Source: a virus
Taxonomy: Duplodnaviria; Heunggongvirae; Uroviricota; Caudoviricetes
Strand: one strand, 5' to 3'
DNA length: 14,811 nucleotides
Virus record (IMG/VR): IMGVR_UViG_2534681835_000032
Location: 1-14,811 of that record
The notes under the pieces were generated by a model that saw nothing but the letters and a program-made list of their open reading frames with translations, had not been told where the DNA came from and ran no database searches. This document shows positions 6,746-14,225 of this stretch, piece by piece (position 1 is the stretch's first letter; each line of letters opens with the position of its first letter). A program made the position numbers and the translations under genes.

Positions 6746-6944
6746 AAAGTGAATTTTGTGATGCGGTGAATGCGGCTAAGCGCACGCGGAACAGTTAAAA
6801 AGCTATTGTCCTTCGTAGCAGAGTTATGGGTGAAATATCCGGCGTTAATTGTTAACTGGTTAACGTCACCTGGAGGCACCAGGCACCGCATCAACAAAGT
6901 TCACTTCAGTGATGAAAGGTGAGAGAAAATGTTGAATGTAGCTA

Positions 6945-6973
6945 TTGAAAACCAGAACGGGTGGAATTATAGT
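6945..6973 (+). promoter_or_regulatory. Near-consensus sigma70 promoter TTGAAA-N17-TATAGT
   Basis: -35 TTGAAA (6945-6950), 17-bp spacer, -10 TATAGT (6968-6973); predicted transcription start near 6980. Confidence 0.45.
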
Positions 6974-6979
6974 GCACCT

Positions 6980-7057
6980 GCACCTCATAAAACGGGTGCC
7001 GGGATTTGCACCCCGATGATCACTAGAGCGCATAACCGCGCCAAAGCGGTTTTTTTA
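6980..7057 (+). ncRNA. Candidate ~77-nt small RNA / leader transcript upstream of the Rha gene
   Basis: Delimited by the promoter at 6945-6973 and the terminator at 7034-7057; internal hairpin GGGTGC(6994-6999)/GCACCC(7008-7013); carries copy 1 of the bipartite motif TTTGCAC...TCACTAGAG in the single-stranded stretch before the terminator. Confidence 0.35.
7034..7057 (+). terminator. Candidate intrinsic terminator (AACCGC-GCCAAA-GCGGTT + T-run)
   Basis: 6-bp GC-rich stem with 6-nt loop followed by a run of T residues; short stem, so moderate confidence. Confidence 0.4.
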
Positions 7058-7222
7058 TGCGTAAAGCGCAGCCACATTCAGATTATGGTGGGGCGTATGG
7101 GGCCGTTTTCGGGCGGGCCGGATTCTCTAGTGACCGGTAGTGCAAACCCTGTACGTCTCACCACCCATGAGATTTGCACCTCCGGTGGCGAGTTTACCAA
7201 CTTATCACTAGAGGCTGCCATC

Positions 7223-7777
7223 ATGGCTACTATCCCTACCCTTTCTCACCCTGACGTAACCATCGAAAATGGTCGTGCTGTCACTACGTCTGTTGCAGTT
7301 GCAGAGTTTTTCCGCAAGCTGCATAAAAACGTCATTCAAAAAATTGAAGCTCTGGAATGTTCCTCAGAATTCACTGAGCTTAATTTTAAGCCAAGTGAAT
7401 ACACCGACTCAACCGGGCGCAAACTCCCAATGTACCAAATCACCAAAAACGGCTTCGTTTTCCTGGTGATGGGCTTCACCGGCAAAAAAGCCGCTGCATT
7501 TAAAGAAGCCTACATCGCTGAGTTCGATCGCATGGAAGCAGAGCTACGCCAGAATAATACCACTCCCACAAACAAAATCATTCCGGGCGATGGGCGCACT
7601 CTGGTTGTTCGCTTCGACAAATTCGGCAACGTCGAATTCACTGAAACCGTTCCTGATGGCGCTCTCGTCTGTACCCTGGACACTTTCCGCCTTTATCTGG
7701 AGAAACAGGGCTGGACTCTTGTAAACCGAAGCGCAATTAAAAATATGACCGTCGAGCAGTTGCTGAGTATTAAATAG
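7223..7777 (+). CDS. Rha-family phage regulatory protein (Phage_pRha domain), 184 aa
   Basis: N-terminal region (LSHPDVTIENGRAVTTSVAVAEFFRKLHKNVIQKIEAL...SEFTELNF...MYQITKNGFVFLVMGFTGKKAAAFKEAYIAEFDRME) matches the Rha domain; SD GAGG 8 nt before ATG 7223. The track ORF extends in frame to 6929, but that extension is rich in rare codons (AGA, CTA, GGG) and contains promoter, terminator and repeat elements. Confidence 0.6.
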   Translation: MATIPTLSHPDVTIENGRAVTTSVAVAEFFRKLHKNVIQKIEALECSSEFTELNFKPSEYTDSTGRKLPMYQITKNGFVFLVMGFTGKKAAAFKEAYIAEFDRMEAELRQNNTTPTNKIIPGDGRTLVVRFDKFGNVEFTETVPDGALVCTLDTFRLYLEKQGWTLVNRSAIKNMTVEQLLSIK

Positions 7778-7823
7778 TTTTCTGGAATTTTCTTAATACG
7801 AGAAATTTATTAAGGAGATAATT

Positions 7824-8045
7824 ATGATTGCTCATCACTTCGGAACTGATGAAATACCACGTCAGTGTGTGACTCCTGGCGATTATGTTCTTCATGAAGG
7901 CCGGACATATATCGCCTCGGCAAACAATATTAAAAAGCGAAAACTTTATATTCGTAGCCTGACTACAAAAACATGCATTACTGACTGCATGATTAAAGTC
8001 TTCCTCGGTCGTGATGGTTTACCTGTAAAGGCGGAGTCATGGTGA
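7824..8045 (+). CDS. kilR: Killing protein KilR (cell-division inhibitor), 73 aa
   Basis: [76 protein letters not shown]; strong SD AAGGAG 6 nt upstream; size and position match Rac kilR. Confidence 0.75.
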   Translation: MIAHHFGTDEIPRQCVTPGDYVLHEGRTYIASANNIKKRKLYIRSLTTKTCITDCMIKVFLGRDGLPVKAESW

Positions 8046-8215
8046 TGACTAAGAAAATAAAATGTGCTTACCACCTTTGCAAAAAAGACGTTGAAGAAAG
8101 CAAAGCTATTGAAAGAATGCTTCACTTCATGCACGGGACTTTATCAAAAGACGAACCGAGAAAATATTGCAGTGAAGCTTGTGCCGAAAAAGACCAGATG
8201 GCACACGAACTTTAA
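8039..8215 (+). CDS. ydaE: Small Cys-rich (zinc-binding-like) protein YdaE-like, 58 aa
   Basis: [61 protein letters not shown] with CxxxxC ... CxxxC; overlaps the kilR stop (ATGGTGATGA); SD AAGGCGGAG. Confidence 0.65.
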   Translation: MVMTKKIKCAYHLCKKDVEESKAIERMLHFMHGTLSKDEPRKYCSEACAEKDQMAHEL

Positions 8216-8288
8216 TTAATTGACTATTCGAAACTGAATTTATGCCAGCAATGGCAGGGATTCGCTCAACCTTAATTAAGGAGAAAAA

Positions 8289-8565
8289 ATGATTACCAGT
8301 TATGAAGCCACTGTTGTAACTACCGATGACATTGTTCACGAGGTTAATCTGGAAGGAAAGCGTATTGGCTACGTGATTAAAACAGAAAATAAAGAAACCC
8401 CCATTCACTGTGGTTGATATCGATGGTCCATCAGGCAACGTAAAAACACTTGATGAAGGTGTCAAAAAAATGTGCCTGGTGCATATCGGAAAGAATCTGC
8501 CCGCAGAAAAAAAAGCCGAATTTCTGGCAACTCTGATTGCAATGAAATTAAAAGGTGAAATCTGA
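8289..8565 (+). pseudogene. racC: racC interrupted by a +1 frameshift in a C5 homopolymer (8398-8402)
   Basis: ATG 8289 (SD AAGGAG) reads MITSYEATVVTTDDIVHEVNLEGKRIGYVIKTENKETP then hits TGA at 8415-8417 (42 aa). Removing one C restores ...ETPFTVVDIDGPSGNVKTLDEGVKKMCLVHIGKNLPAEKKAEFLATLIAMKLKGEI ending at 8565 (91 aa). Span length 277 = 3n+1. Confidence 0.6.
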
Positions 8566-8665
8566 AAGAAATAGCCTGCGTATGGCGCAGGCTATGAACA
8601 GTGTGTATCCGGCAAGATTATTCACTGAACAAACGAATTTTAATCTGAGTTGAGGTTAAAAAACA

Positions 8666-11413
8666 ATGAGCACCGATAAACAAGTTTACCCACTGTATTA
8701 CGAAGCAAAAAATGACAAAGTAAGAAAACGTCTCGGTATTAAAGGCGGTTTCTACTGGACTGAAGCGAAAAAATTATCCATTGCCATATCCCGTGGTGCT
8801 GTTGCTATTGACGATGCTGGCTACGATGAAGATGACTTTAAAAAACCCGTTCGCGTAAATTTCCCCGTCGTGAATGACCTTCCACCGGAAGGCGTGTTTG
8901 ATACTGAATTCTGCAACCGCTATGAAAAAGGCGGGGAAGATGGCATCACCATGATGGCTATATCCTTCAATGACAACATCAACGGTGAAGATGCCACAAC
9001 TGCTGGCGATGACAACGATGACCCGGACGGAACTATTCCGGATGATGTGGAGAAAAGCGAATCCCCGGACAGCGACGATGACTGTTCTGAGTGTGAAATT
9101 CCCGTCGCCACTCTGAGCCTTACTCATCGCTTCCTTCACCTCTTCTTCTTCAGCAAGGATGAAGATGGAAAATACCGGCATCACGCCACACCAGAACAAC
9201 GCAATAACGTGATCCGTATGGAGATGGACACAGAGGACAGTTACCTTCAGAGCCTGCTTACTGCTGTGCGCGCCGCACATCATGAACTGGATAAACTGAC
9301 GAACTATCACCTTAGTCGCCTGGCTGAATCTGTAGGGAAAGCATTCCCCCACTCTGCAAATCATCGCATCAGCCCGGCTGAATTCGACAAGTTCATTTCC
9401 ACCTGGATGAAAACTGACTACCTTGATCAGGGCCTGCTGACAAAAGAATGGCAGAACGGAAATTATGTTTCAGGAATTACCCGTACGCCTTCCGGTGCTA
9501 ACGCTGGCGGCGGAAATATTACCGATCGTGGTGAAGGATTCAAACATGATAAGACATCACTCGCACGAGATGTAGCCACCGGCGTTCTGGCCCGTTCAAT
9601 GGATGTGGATATTTATAACCTTCATCCGGCACACGCTAAACGTGTCGAGGAAATTATCGCTGAAAATAAACCGCCCTTTTCTGTTTTCCGCGACAAATTC
9701 ATCACCATGCCTGGCGGGCTGGATTATTCCCGCGCCATCGTGGTTGCGTCCGTAAAAGAAGCACCAATTGGGATCGAGGTTATCCCTGCGCATGTCACTG
9801 AATATCTGAACAAGGTGCTGATTGAAACCGATCATGCCAACCCTGATCCGGAAATCGTGGATATTGCCTGCGGTCGTTCCTCTGCCCCGATGCCGCAGCG
9901 TGTAACAGAAGAAGGAAAACACGATGGTGAAGAAAAACCGCAACCATCTTGCGCAATGGCAGATAAACAGGCAACGGCTGAAACAGTGGAACCGGATGCA
10001 ACTGAACATCATCAGGACACGCAGCCGCTGGATGCTCAGTCACAGGTAAATTCTGTTGATGCGAAATATCAGAAACTGCGGGCAGAACTCCATGAAGCCC
10101 GGAAAACCATTCCGCCCAAAAATCCTGTCGATGCCGACAAATTGCTGGCTGCCTCTCGCGGAGAATTTGTTGAAGGGATTAGCGACCCGAATGATCCGAA
10201 ATGGATTAAGGGGATCCAGACCCGCGATTCTGTGTACCAGAATCAGCCAGAAACGGAACAGAACGACCAGAAAGCGGAACAGAACAGCCCAAATACGCAA
10301 CAAAACGAGCCAGAAACGAAACAACCTGAACCAGTAGTGCAACAGGAACCGGAAAAGATCTGCACCGCCTGCGGCCAGAGGAGTGGCGGCAACTGCCCTG
10401 ATTGTGGCGCGGTGATGGGCGACGCAACATACCAGGAAACATTCGATGAAGAGAATCAGGTTGAAGCTAAGGAAAATGATCCGGAGGAAATGGAAGGCGC
10501 TGAACATCCGCACAATGAGAATGCTGGCAGCGATCCGCATCGCGATTGCAGTGATGAAACTGGCGAAGTCGCAGATCCCGTAATCGTAGAAGACATAGAG
10601 CCAGGTATTTATTACGGAATTTCGAATGAGAATTACCACGTAGGTCCCGGTGTCAGTAAGTCTCAGCTCGATGACATTGCTGATACTCCGGCACTGTATT
10701 TGTGGCGTAAAAATGCCCCCGTGGACAACACAAAGACAAAAACGCTCGATTTAGGAACCGCTTTCCACTTCCGGGTACTTGAACCGGAAGAATTCAGTAA
10801 CCGCTTTATCGTAGCACCTGAATTTAACCGCCGTACAAACGCCGGAAAAGAAGAAGAGAAAGCGTTTCTGATGGAATGCGCAAGCACAGGAAAAACGGTT
10901 ATCACTGCGGAAGAAGGTCGGAAAATTGAACTCATGTATCAAAGCGTTATGGCTTTGCCGCTGGGGCAATGGCTTGTTGAAAGCGCCGGACACGCTGAAT
11001 CATCAATTTACTGGGAAGATCCTGAAACAGGAATTTTGTGTCGGTGCCGTCCGGACAAAATTATCCCTGAATTTCACTGGATCATGGACGTGAAAACTAC
11101 GGCGGATATTCAACGATTCAAAACCGCTTATTACGACTACCGCTATCACGTTCAGGATGCATTCTACAGTGACGGTTATGAAGCACAGTTTGGAGTGCAG
11201 CCAACTTTCGTTTTTCTGGTTGCCAGCACAACTATTGAATGCGGACGTTATCCGGTTGAAATTTTCATGATGGGCGAAGAAGCAAAACTGGCAGGTCAGC
11301 TGGAATATCACCGCAATCTGCGAACCCTGGCTGACTGCCTCAATACCAATGAATGGCCAGCTATTAAGACGTTATCACTGCCCCGCTGGGCTAAGGAATA
11401 TGCAAATGACTAA
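8666..11413 (+). CDS. recE: Exodeoxyribonuclease VIII (RecE), 915 aa
   Basis: Long ORF whose C-terminal ~600 aa are recognisable as RecE (e.g. [34 protein letters not shown], nuclease domain ...[40 protein letters not shown]...); immediately followed by, and overlapping, recT. Confidence 0.9.
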   Translation: MSTDKQVYPLYYEAKNDKVRKRLGIKGGFYWTEAKKLSIAISRGAVAIDDAGYDEDDFKKPVRVNFPVVNDLPPEGVFDTEFCNRYEKGGEDGITMMAISFNDNINGEDATTAGDDNDDPDGTIPDDVEKSESPDSDDDCSECEIPVATLSLTHRFLHLFFFSKDEDGKYRHHATPEQRNNVIRMEMDTEDSYLQSLLTAVRAAHHELDKLTNYHLSRLAESVGKAFPHSANHRISPAEFDKFISTWMKTDYLDQGLLTKEWQNGNYVSGITRTPSGANAGGGNITDRGEGFKHDKTSLARDVATGVLARSMDVDIYNLHPAHAKRVEEIIAENKPPFSVFRDKFITMPGGLDYSRAIVVASVKEAPIGIEVIPAHVTEYLNKVLIETDHANPDPEIVDIACGRSSAPMPQRVTEEGKHDGEEKPQPSCAMADKQATAETVEPDATEHHQDTQPLDAQSQVNSVDAKYQKLRAELHEARKTIPPKNPVDADKLLAASRGEFVEGISDPNDPKWIKGIQTRDSVYQNQPETEQNDQKAEQNSPNTQQNEPETKQPEPVVQQEPEKICTACGQRSGGNCPDCGAVMGDATYQETFDEENQVEAKENDPEEMEGAEHPHNENAGSDPHRDCSDETGEVADPVIVEDIEPGIYYGISNENYHVGPGVSKSQLDDIADTPALYLWRKNAPVDNTKTKTLDLGTAFHFRVLEPEEFSNRFIVAPEFNRRTNAGKEEEKAFLMECASTGKTVITAEEGRKIELMYQSVMALPLGQWLVESAGHAESSIYWEDPETGILCRCRPDKIIPEFHWIMDVKTTADIQRFKTAYYDYRYHVQDAFYSDGYEAQFGVQPTFVFLVASTTIECGRYPVEIFMMGEEAKLAGQLEYHRNLRTLADCLNTNEWPAIKTLSLPRWAKEYAND

Positions 11414-12215
11414 GCAACCACCAATCGCAAAAGCCGATCTGCAAAAAACTCAGGGAAACCGTGCACCAGCAGCAATTAAAAATAACGACATGATTAGTTT
11501 TATTAACCAGCCATCAATGAAAGAGCAACTGGCAGCAGCTCTTCCACGCCATATGACGGCTGAACGTATGATCCGTATCGCCACCACAGAAATTCGTAAA
11601 GTTCCGGCGTTAGGAAACTGTGACACTATGAGTTTTGTCAGTGCAATCGTACAGTGTTCACAGCTCGGACTTGAGCCAGGTAGCGCCCTCGGTCATGCAT
11701 ATTTACTGCCTTTTGGTAATAAAAACGAAAAGAGCGGTAAAAAAAACGTTCAGCTAATCATTGGCTATCGCGGCATGATTGATCTGGCTCGCCGTTCAGG
11801 TCAAATCGCCAGCCTGTCAGCCCGTGTTGTCCGTGAAGGTGACGAATTTAATTTCGAATTTGGCCTTGATGAAAAGTTAATACACCGCCCAGGAGAAAAC
11901 GAAGATGCCCCGGTTACCCACGTCTATGCTGTCGCAAGACTGAAAGACGGAGGTACTCAGTTTGAAGTTATGACGCGCAAACAGATTGAGCTGGTGCGCA
12001 GCCAGAGTAAGGCTGGTAATAACGGGCCATGGGTAACTCACTGGGAAGAAATGGCAAAAAAAACGGCTATTCGTCGCCTGTTTAAATACCTGCCTGTCTC
12101 AATTGAAATCCAGCGTGCAGTATCAATGGATGAAAAGGAACCACTGACAATCGATCCGGCAGACTCCTCTGTATTAACCGGGGAATACAGTGTGATCGAT
12201 AATTCAGAAGAATAA
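11406..12215 (+). CDS. recT: Recombinase RecT (single-strand annealing protein), 269 aa
   Basis: Starts [28 protein letters not shown]... ; ATG overlaps the recE stop by 8 nt. Track ORF start at 11349 is an upstream in-frame extension that would overlap recE further. Confidence 0.9.
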   Translation: MTKQPPIAKADLQKTQGNRAPAAIKNNDMISFINQPSMKEQLAAALPRHMTAERMIRIATTEIRKVPALGNCDTMSFVSAIVQCSQLGLEPGSALGHAYLLPFGNKNEKSGKKNVQLIIGYRGMIDLARRSGQIASLSARVVREGDEFNFEFGLDEKLIHRPGENEDAPVTHVYAVARLKDGGTQFEVMTRKQIELVRSQSKAGNNGPWVTHWEEMAKKTAIRRLFKYLPVSIEIQRAVSMDEKEPLTIDPADSSVLTGEYSVIDNSEE

Positions 12216-12271
12216 TTCAGCCTGGCGGTGTAATGCACCGCCAACGCGAGACAGTTTTTATGACAAAAATT

Positions 12272-12466
12272 ATGAGATATGACGATGTTAAACCATGTCC
12301 GTTTTGTGGTTGTCCATCTGTTACGGTGAAAGCAATTTCAGGATATTACCGGGCAAAATGCAACGGATGCGAATCCCGAACTGGCTATGGTGGAAGTGAA
12401 AAAGAAGCACTCGAAAGATGGAATAAACGAACTACTGGAAATAATAATGGAGGTGTTCATGTATAA
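12272..12466 (+). CDS. ralR: RalR / Lar (restriction alleviation; type I toxin of the RalR-RalA pair), 64 aa
   Basis: MRYDDVKPCPFCGCPSVTVKAISGYYRAKCNGCESRTGYGGSEKEALERWNKRTTGNNNGGVHV, recognised as RalR; in-frame upstream ATGs at 12260 and 12233 are alternative starts; no clear SD. Confidence 0.75.
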   Translation: MRYDDVKPCPFCGCPSVTVKAISGYYRAKCNGCESRTGYGGSEKEALERWNKRTTGNNNGGVHV

Positions 12467-12647
12467 AATAACTGCCACTATTGAAAAAGAAGGTGGCACT
12501 CCTACTAACTGGACAAGATATTCAAAATCTAAATTAACGAAATCAGAATGCGAAAAAATGCTCTCAGGGAAAAAAGAAGCAGGCGTGTCCAGAGAGCAGA
12601 AAGTAAAGCTGATAAATTTTAATTGCGAGAAACTTCTGTCCTCGTGA
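12459..12647 (+). CDS. ydaC: Small protein YdaC-like, 62 aa
   Basis: MYKITATIEKEGGTPTNWTRYSKSKLTKSECEKMLSGKKEAGVSREQKVKLINFNCEKLLSS; SD GGAGG 6 nt upstream of ATG 12459; overlaps the ralR stop by 8 nt. Confidence 0.65.
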   Translation: MYKITATIEKEGGTPTNWTRYSKSKLTKSECEKMLSGKKEAGVSREQKVKLINFNCEKLLSS

Positions 12648-12753
12648 GTTGCATTATATACAAATTAGAACTTCATAGCTGATTATTAAAAATCAACCAC
12701 ACCCGCCAGTATTCTGTATATTTACTGGCGGTCATATCGTAAGAGGTATGGCA

Positions 12754-13035
12754 ATGAATCTTGTGACACTCAAAACGTGGGGAAAACTCAGATATCCGGA
12801 TAACCCACCATCAATATCAACGCTGAGACGATGGGCAAGGAATGGAAACATTTATCCTGCACCTGAACTACACGGGAGGAGTTACAGGGTGGTTCCGGAA
12901 GCTTTCTATATCAACCCCAATAAGGTTGATACCGATATAACACACCATCAGCCTAATGGGCGACAAGGGAGAGACAGTCCGTTACTGGAGAAGTTAAAAC
13001 ATGCAGCGGAAAAAATACGATCCCAATTTGCCTAA
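12754..13035 (+). CDS. xis: Excisionase (lambda Xis-like), about 93 aa
   Basis: N-terminus LVTLKTWGKLRYPDNPPSISTLRRWARNGNIYPAPELHGRSYRV resembles the lambda Xis winged helix; SD AAGAGG 7 nt before ATG 12754 (ATG 12748 is an alternative); overlaps int as in lambda. Confidence 0.7.
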   Translation: MNLVTLKTWGKLRYPDNPPSISTLRRWARNGNIYPAPELHGRSYRVVPEAFYINPNKVDTDITHHQPNGRQGRDSPLLEKLKHAAEKIRSQFA

Positions 13036-14077
13036 AAACTTAACATATCGAAGGAGGGACAAAGCATATTACTGGCGCAACCCTCTGACGAAAGAAGAAT
13101 TTACACTAGGTAAAATTTCAAGAAGAGATGCAATCGCGCAGGCAATTGAAGCAAATCACTATATATACAAAAACTACTCTACTGCTGCCTTAATTGAAAA
13201 ACTTAAAGGGTTCGACTCATTTACTATGGCAGACTGGATTGAACGTTACAAAACGATTCTTATAAGGAGAAAAGTGTCCAGAAATACTTATAAAATTCGG
13301 GTAAATCAACTGGAGACAATAAAAGAAAAATTGGGAGAGATTTTACTGACAGAAATAACCACTCGCCATATTGCCGAGTTTCTTGATTTGTGGATTGAAG
13401 GAGGGAAAAACACAATGGCAGGATCAATGCGTTCTGTGTTGTCTGATATGTTTCGTGAGGCCATTGTTGAAGGACGTATATCTCAAAATCCAGTAACGCC
13501 AACAAGAGCACCGAAAATAGTAGTTACAAGAGAACGACTGAAACTAAAGACATACAACTGCATCAGGGAGGCAGCAGATCAACTTCCGGCATGGTTCCCA
13601 TTAGCTATGGATTTAGCCCTTGTAACAGGACAACGTCGCGAAGACATAACGAATATGCGGTTTAGTGATATTTATGATGATCGTCTCCACATCAGGCAAA
13701 TTAAGACAGGAATGATGATTGCTATCCCCCTGTCACTCAGCCTTCCTGTCGCTGGTCTACGGCTTGGTACAGTAGTTGAACAGTGCCGCCTGGTAAGCCG
13801 GGGAGATTATCTAATCAGTGCCGGGATTAGAAAAAACAGCCCTGACGGCAGCATTCACCCGGATGGCCTGACAAAAAAATTTGTCGCAGCCAGAAAATTA
13901 ACAGGTATCCAGTTCAGTGAAAACCCACCAACTTTTCACGAGATCAGAAGCCTGGCTGGACGATTGTACAAAGAAACATATGGAGAAGAATTTGCTCAGC
14001 GTCTACTTGGCCACACATCGGAGAAGACAACAAAAATGTATCTTGATGAGAGAGAAAAAACGTACTTACTGCTCTGA
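13001..14077 (+). CDS. int: Lambda-type tyrosine integrase, 358 aa
   Basis: Collinear with lambda Int (N-terminal arm-binding domain [28 protein letters not shown]; catalytic region [34 protein letters not shown] with the presumed catalytic Tyr). Confidence 0.9.
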   Translation: MQRKKYDPNLPKNLTYRRRDKAYYWRNPLTKEEFTLGKISRRDAIAQAIEANHYIYKNYSTAALIEKLKGFDSFTMADWIERYKTILIRRKVSRNTYKIRVNQLETIKEKLGEILLTEITTRHIAEFLDLWIEGGKNTMAGSMRSVLSDMFREAIVEGRISQNPVTPTRAPKIVVTRERLKLKTYNCIREAADQLPAWFPLAMDLALVTGQRREDITNMRFSDIYDDRLHIRQIKTGMMIAIPLSLSLPVAGLRLGTVVEQCRLVSRGDYLISAGIRKNSPDGSIHPDGLTKKFVAARKLTGIQFSENPPTFHEIRSLAGRLYKETYGEEFAQRLLGHTSEKTTKMYLDEREKTYLLL

Positions 14078-14225
14078 TTTTAACGTAAATGGATTGTTAA
14101 ATGTATTTTGGTTGTGATATAACCAAAAAAGACCGGAATACAGAAATTCGAGTAAATTTCGGGGAATTTCGGGGAGACGCTTGCAACTGATTGATTTTAA
14201 ATACAATTAAAAAAAGACCGAGTAC
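14078..14225. other. attL-like junction: phage P-prime arm with arm-type repeats, and putative core overlapping the 3-prime end of sdsR
   Basis: Region between the int stop and the first recognisable host sequence; contains tandem AATTTCGGGG repeats and two near-copies of AAAAAAGACCG(A/G)(A/G)TAC. Exact crossover point not determinable from one junction. Confidence 0.45.
14144..14174 (+). repeat. Tandem direct repeats AAATTCGAGT / AAATTTCGGGG / AATTTCGGGG (candidate arm-type Int-binding sites)
   Basis: Three adjacent 10-11 bp repeats (two perfect) 67-97 bp downstream of the int stop, in the position of lambda P-prime arm sites. Confidence 0.35.

Larger units (their letters stand above)
1..14225. 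mobile_element. Partial Rac-like lambdoid prophage (integrase-proximal end); other end lies beyond position 1
   Basis: Contiguous phage gene set (hok, DUF551, DnaC-like, racR/ydaS/ydaT, kilR, recE, recT, ralR, xis, int) ending in an att-like junction next to host sdsR/yebY-like sequence. Confidence 0.85.

Noticed and set aside
6140-6760. Lambda-like N gene with nut site downstream of the pL-like promoter
   Set aside because: ydaG and ydaF lack an arginine-rich motif and I could not recognise a boxA (CGCTCTTA-like) plus boxB hairpin; antitermination may be absent or use another mechanism. Not reported as a feature.
6275-6897. Minus-strand ORFs 6275..6487, 6506..6706, 6706..6897
   Set aside because: The first is antisense to ydaG/ydaF; the others have no RBS and implausible composition, and cross the hairpin/terminator elements. 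Considered as degenerate sieB remnants but nothing membrane-protein-like is visible.
6929-7222. In-frame N-terminal extension of the Rha ORF (track ORF 6929..7777, 282 aa) with a plausible SD (AGGTGAG) at its ATG
   Set aside because: The extension is rich in rare codons (AGA, CTA, GGG), contains a near-consensus promoter, a terminator-like hairpin with T-run and the repeated motifs, and Rha domains are normally N-terminal. Kept as an alternative; a homology search of the 98-aa extension would settle it.
7269-7469. Plus-strand ORF 7269..7469
   Set aside because: Alternative frame inside the Rha-family CDS.
7946-8465. Minus-strand ORFs 7946..8134 and 8127..8465
   Set aside because: Antisense to kilR, ydaE and racC, which have strong RBSs and recognisable products.
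8774-10639. Minus-strand ORFs inside recE (8774..9364, 8920..9111, 9596..10012, 9795..10043, 10040..10639, 10206..10442) and the plus-strand ORF 10056..10337
   Set aside because: All are antisense or out-of-frame within the well-supported recE CDS, with low-complexity Leu/Phe/Arg-rich translations typical of spurious ORFs.
10663-11311. Minus-strand ORFs 10663..10935, 10751..10993, 11003..11311
   Set aside because: Antisense to the conserved RecE nuclease domain; no RBS; composition not protein-like.
12038-12244. Minus-strand ORF 12038..12244
   Set aside because: Antisense to the recT 3-prime end.
12387-12458. N-terminal extension of the ydaC ORF (track start 12387)
   Set aside because: Would overlap ralR extensively; the internal ATG at 12459 has a strong GGAGG SD.
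13260-14117. ORFs 13260..13511 (-) and 13917..14117 (+)
   Set aside because: Alternative-frame or antisense ORFs within the integrase gene.
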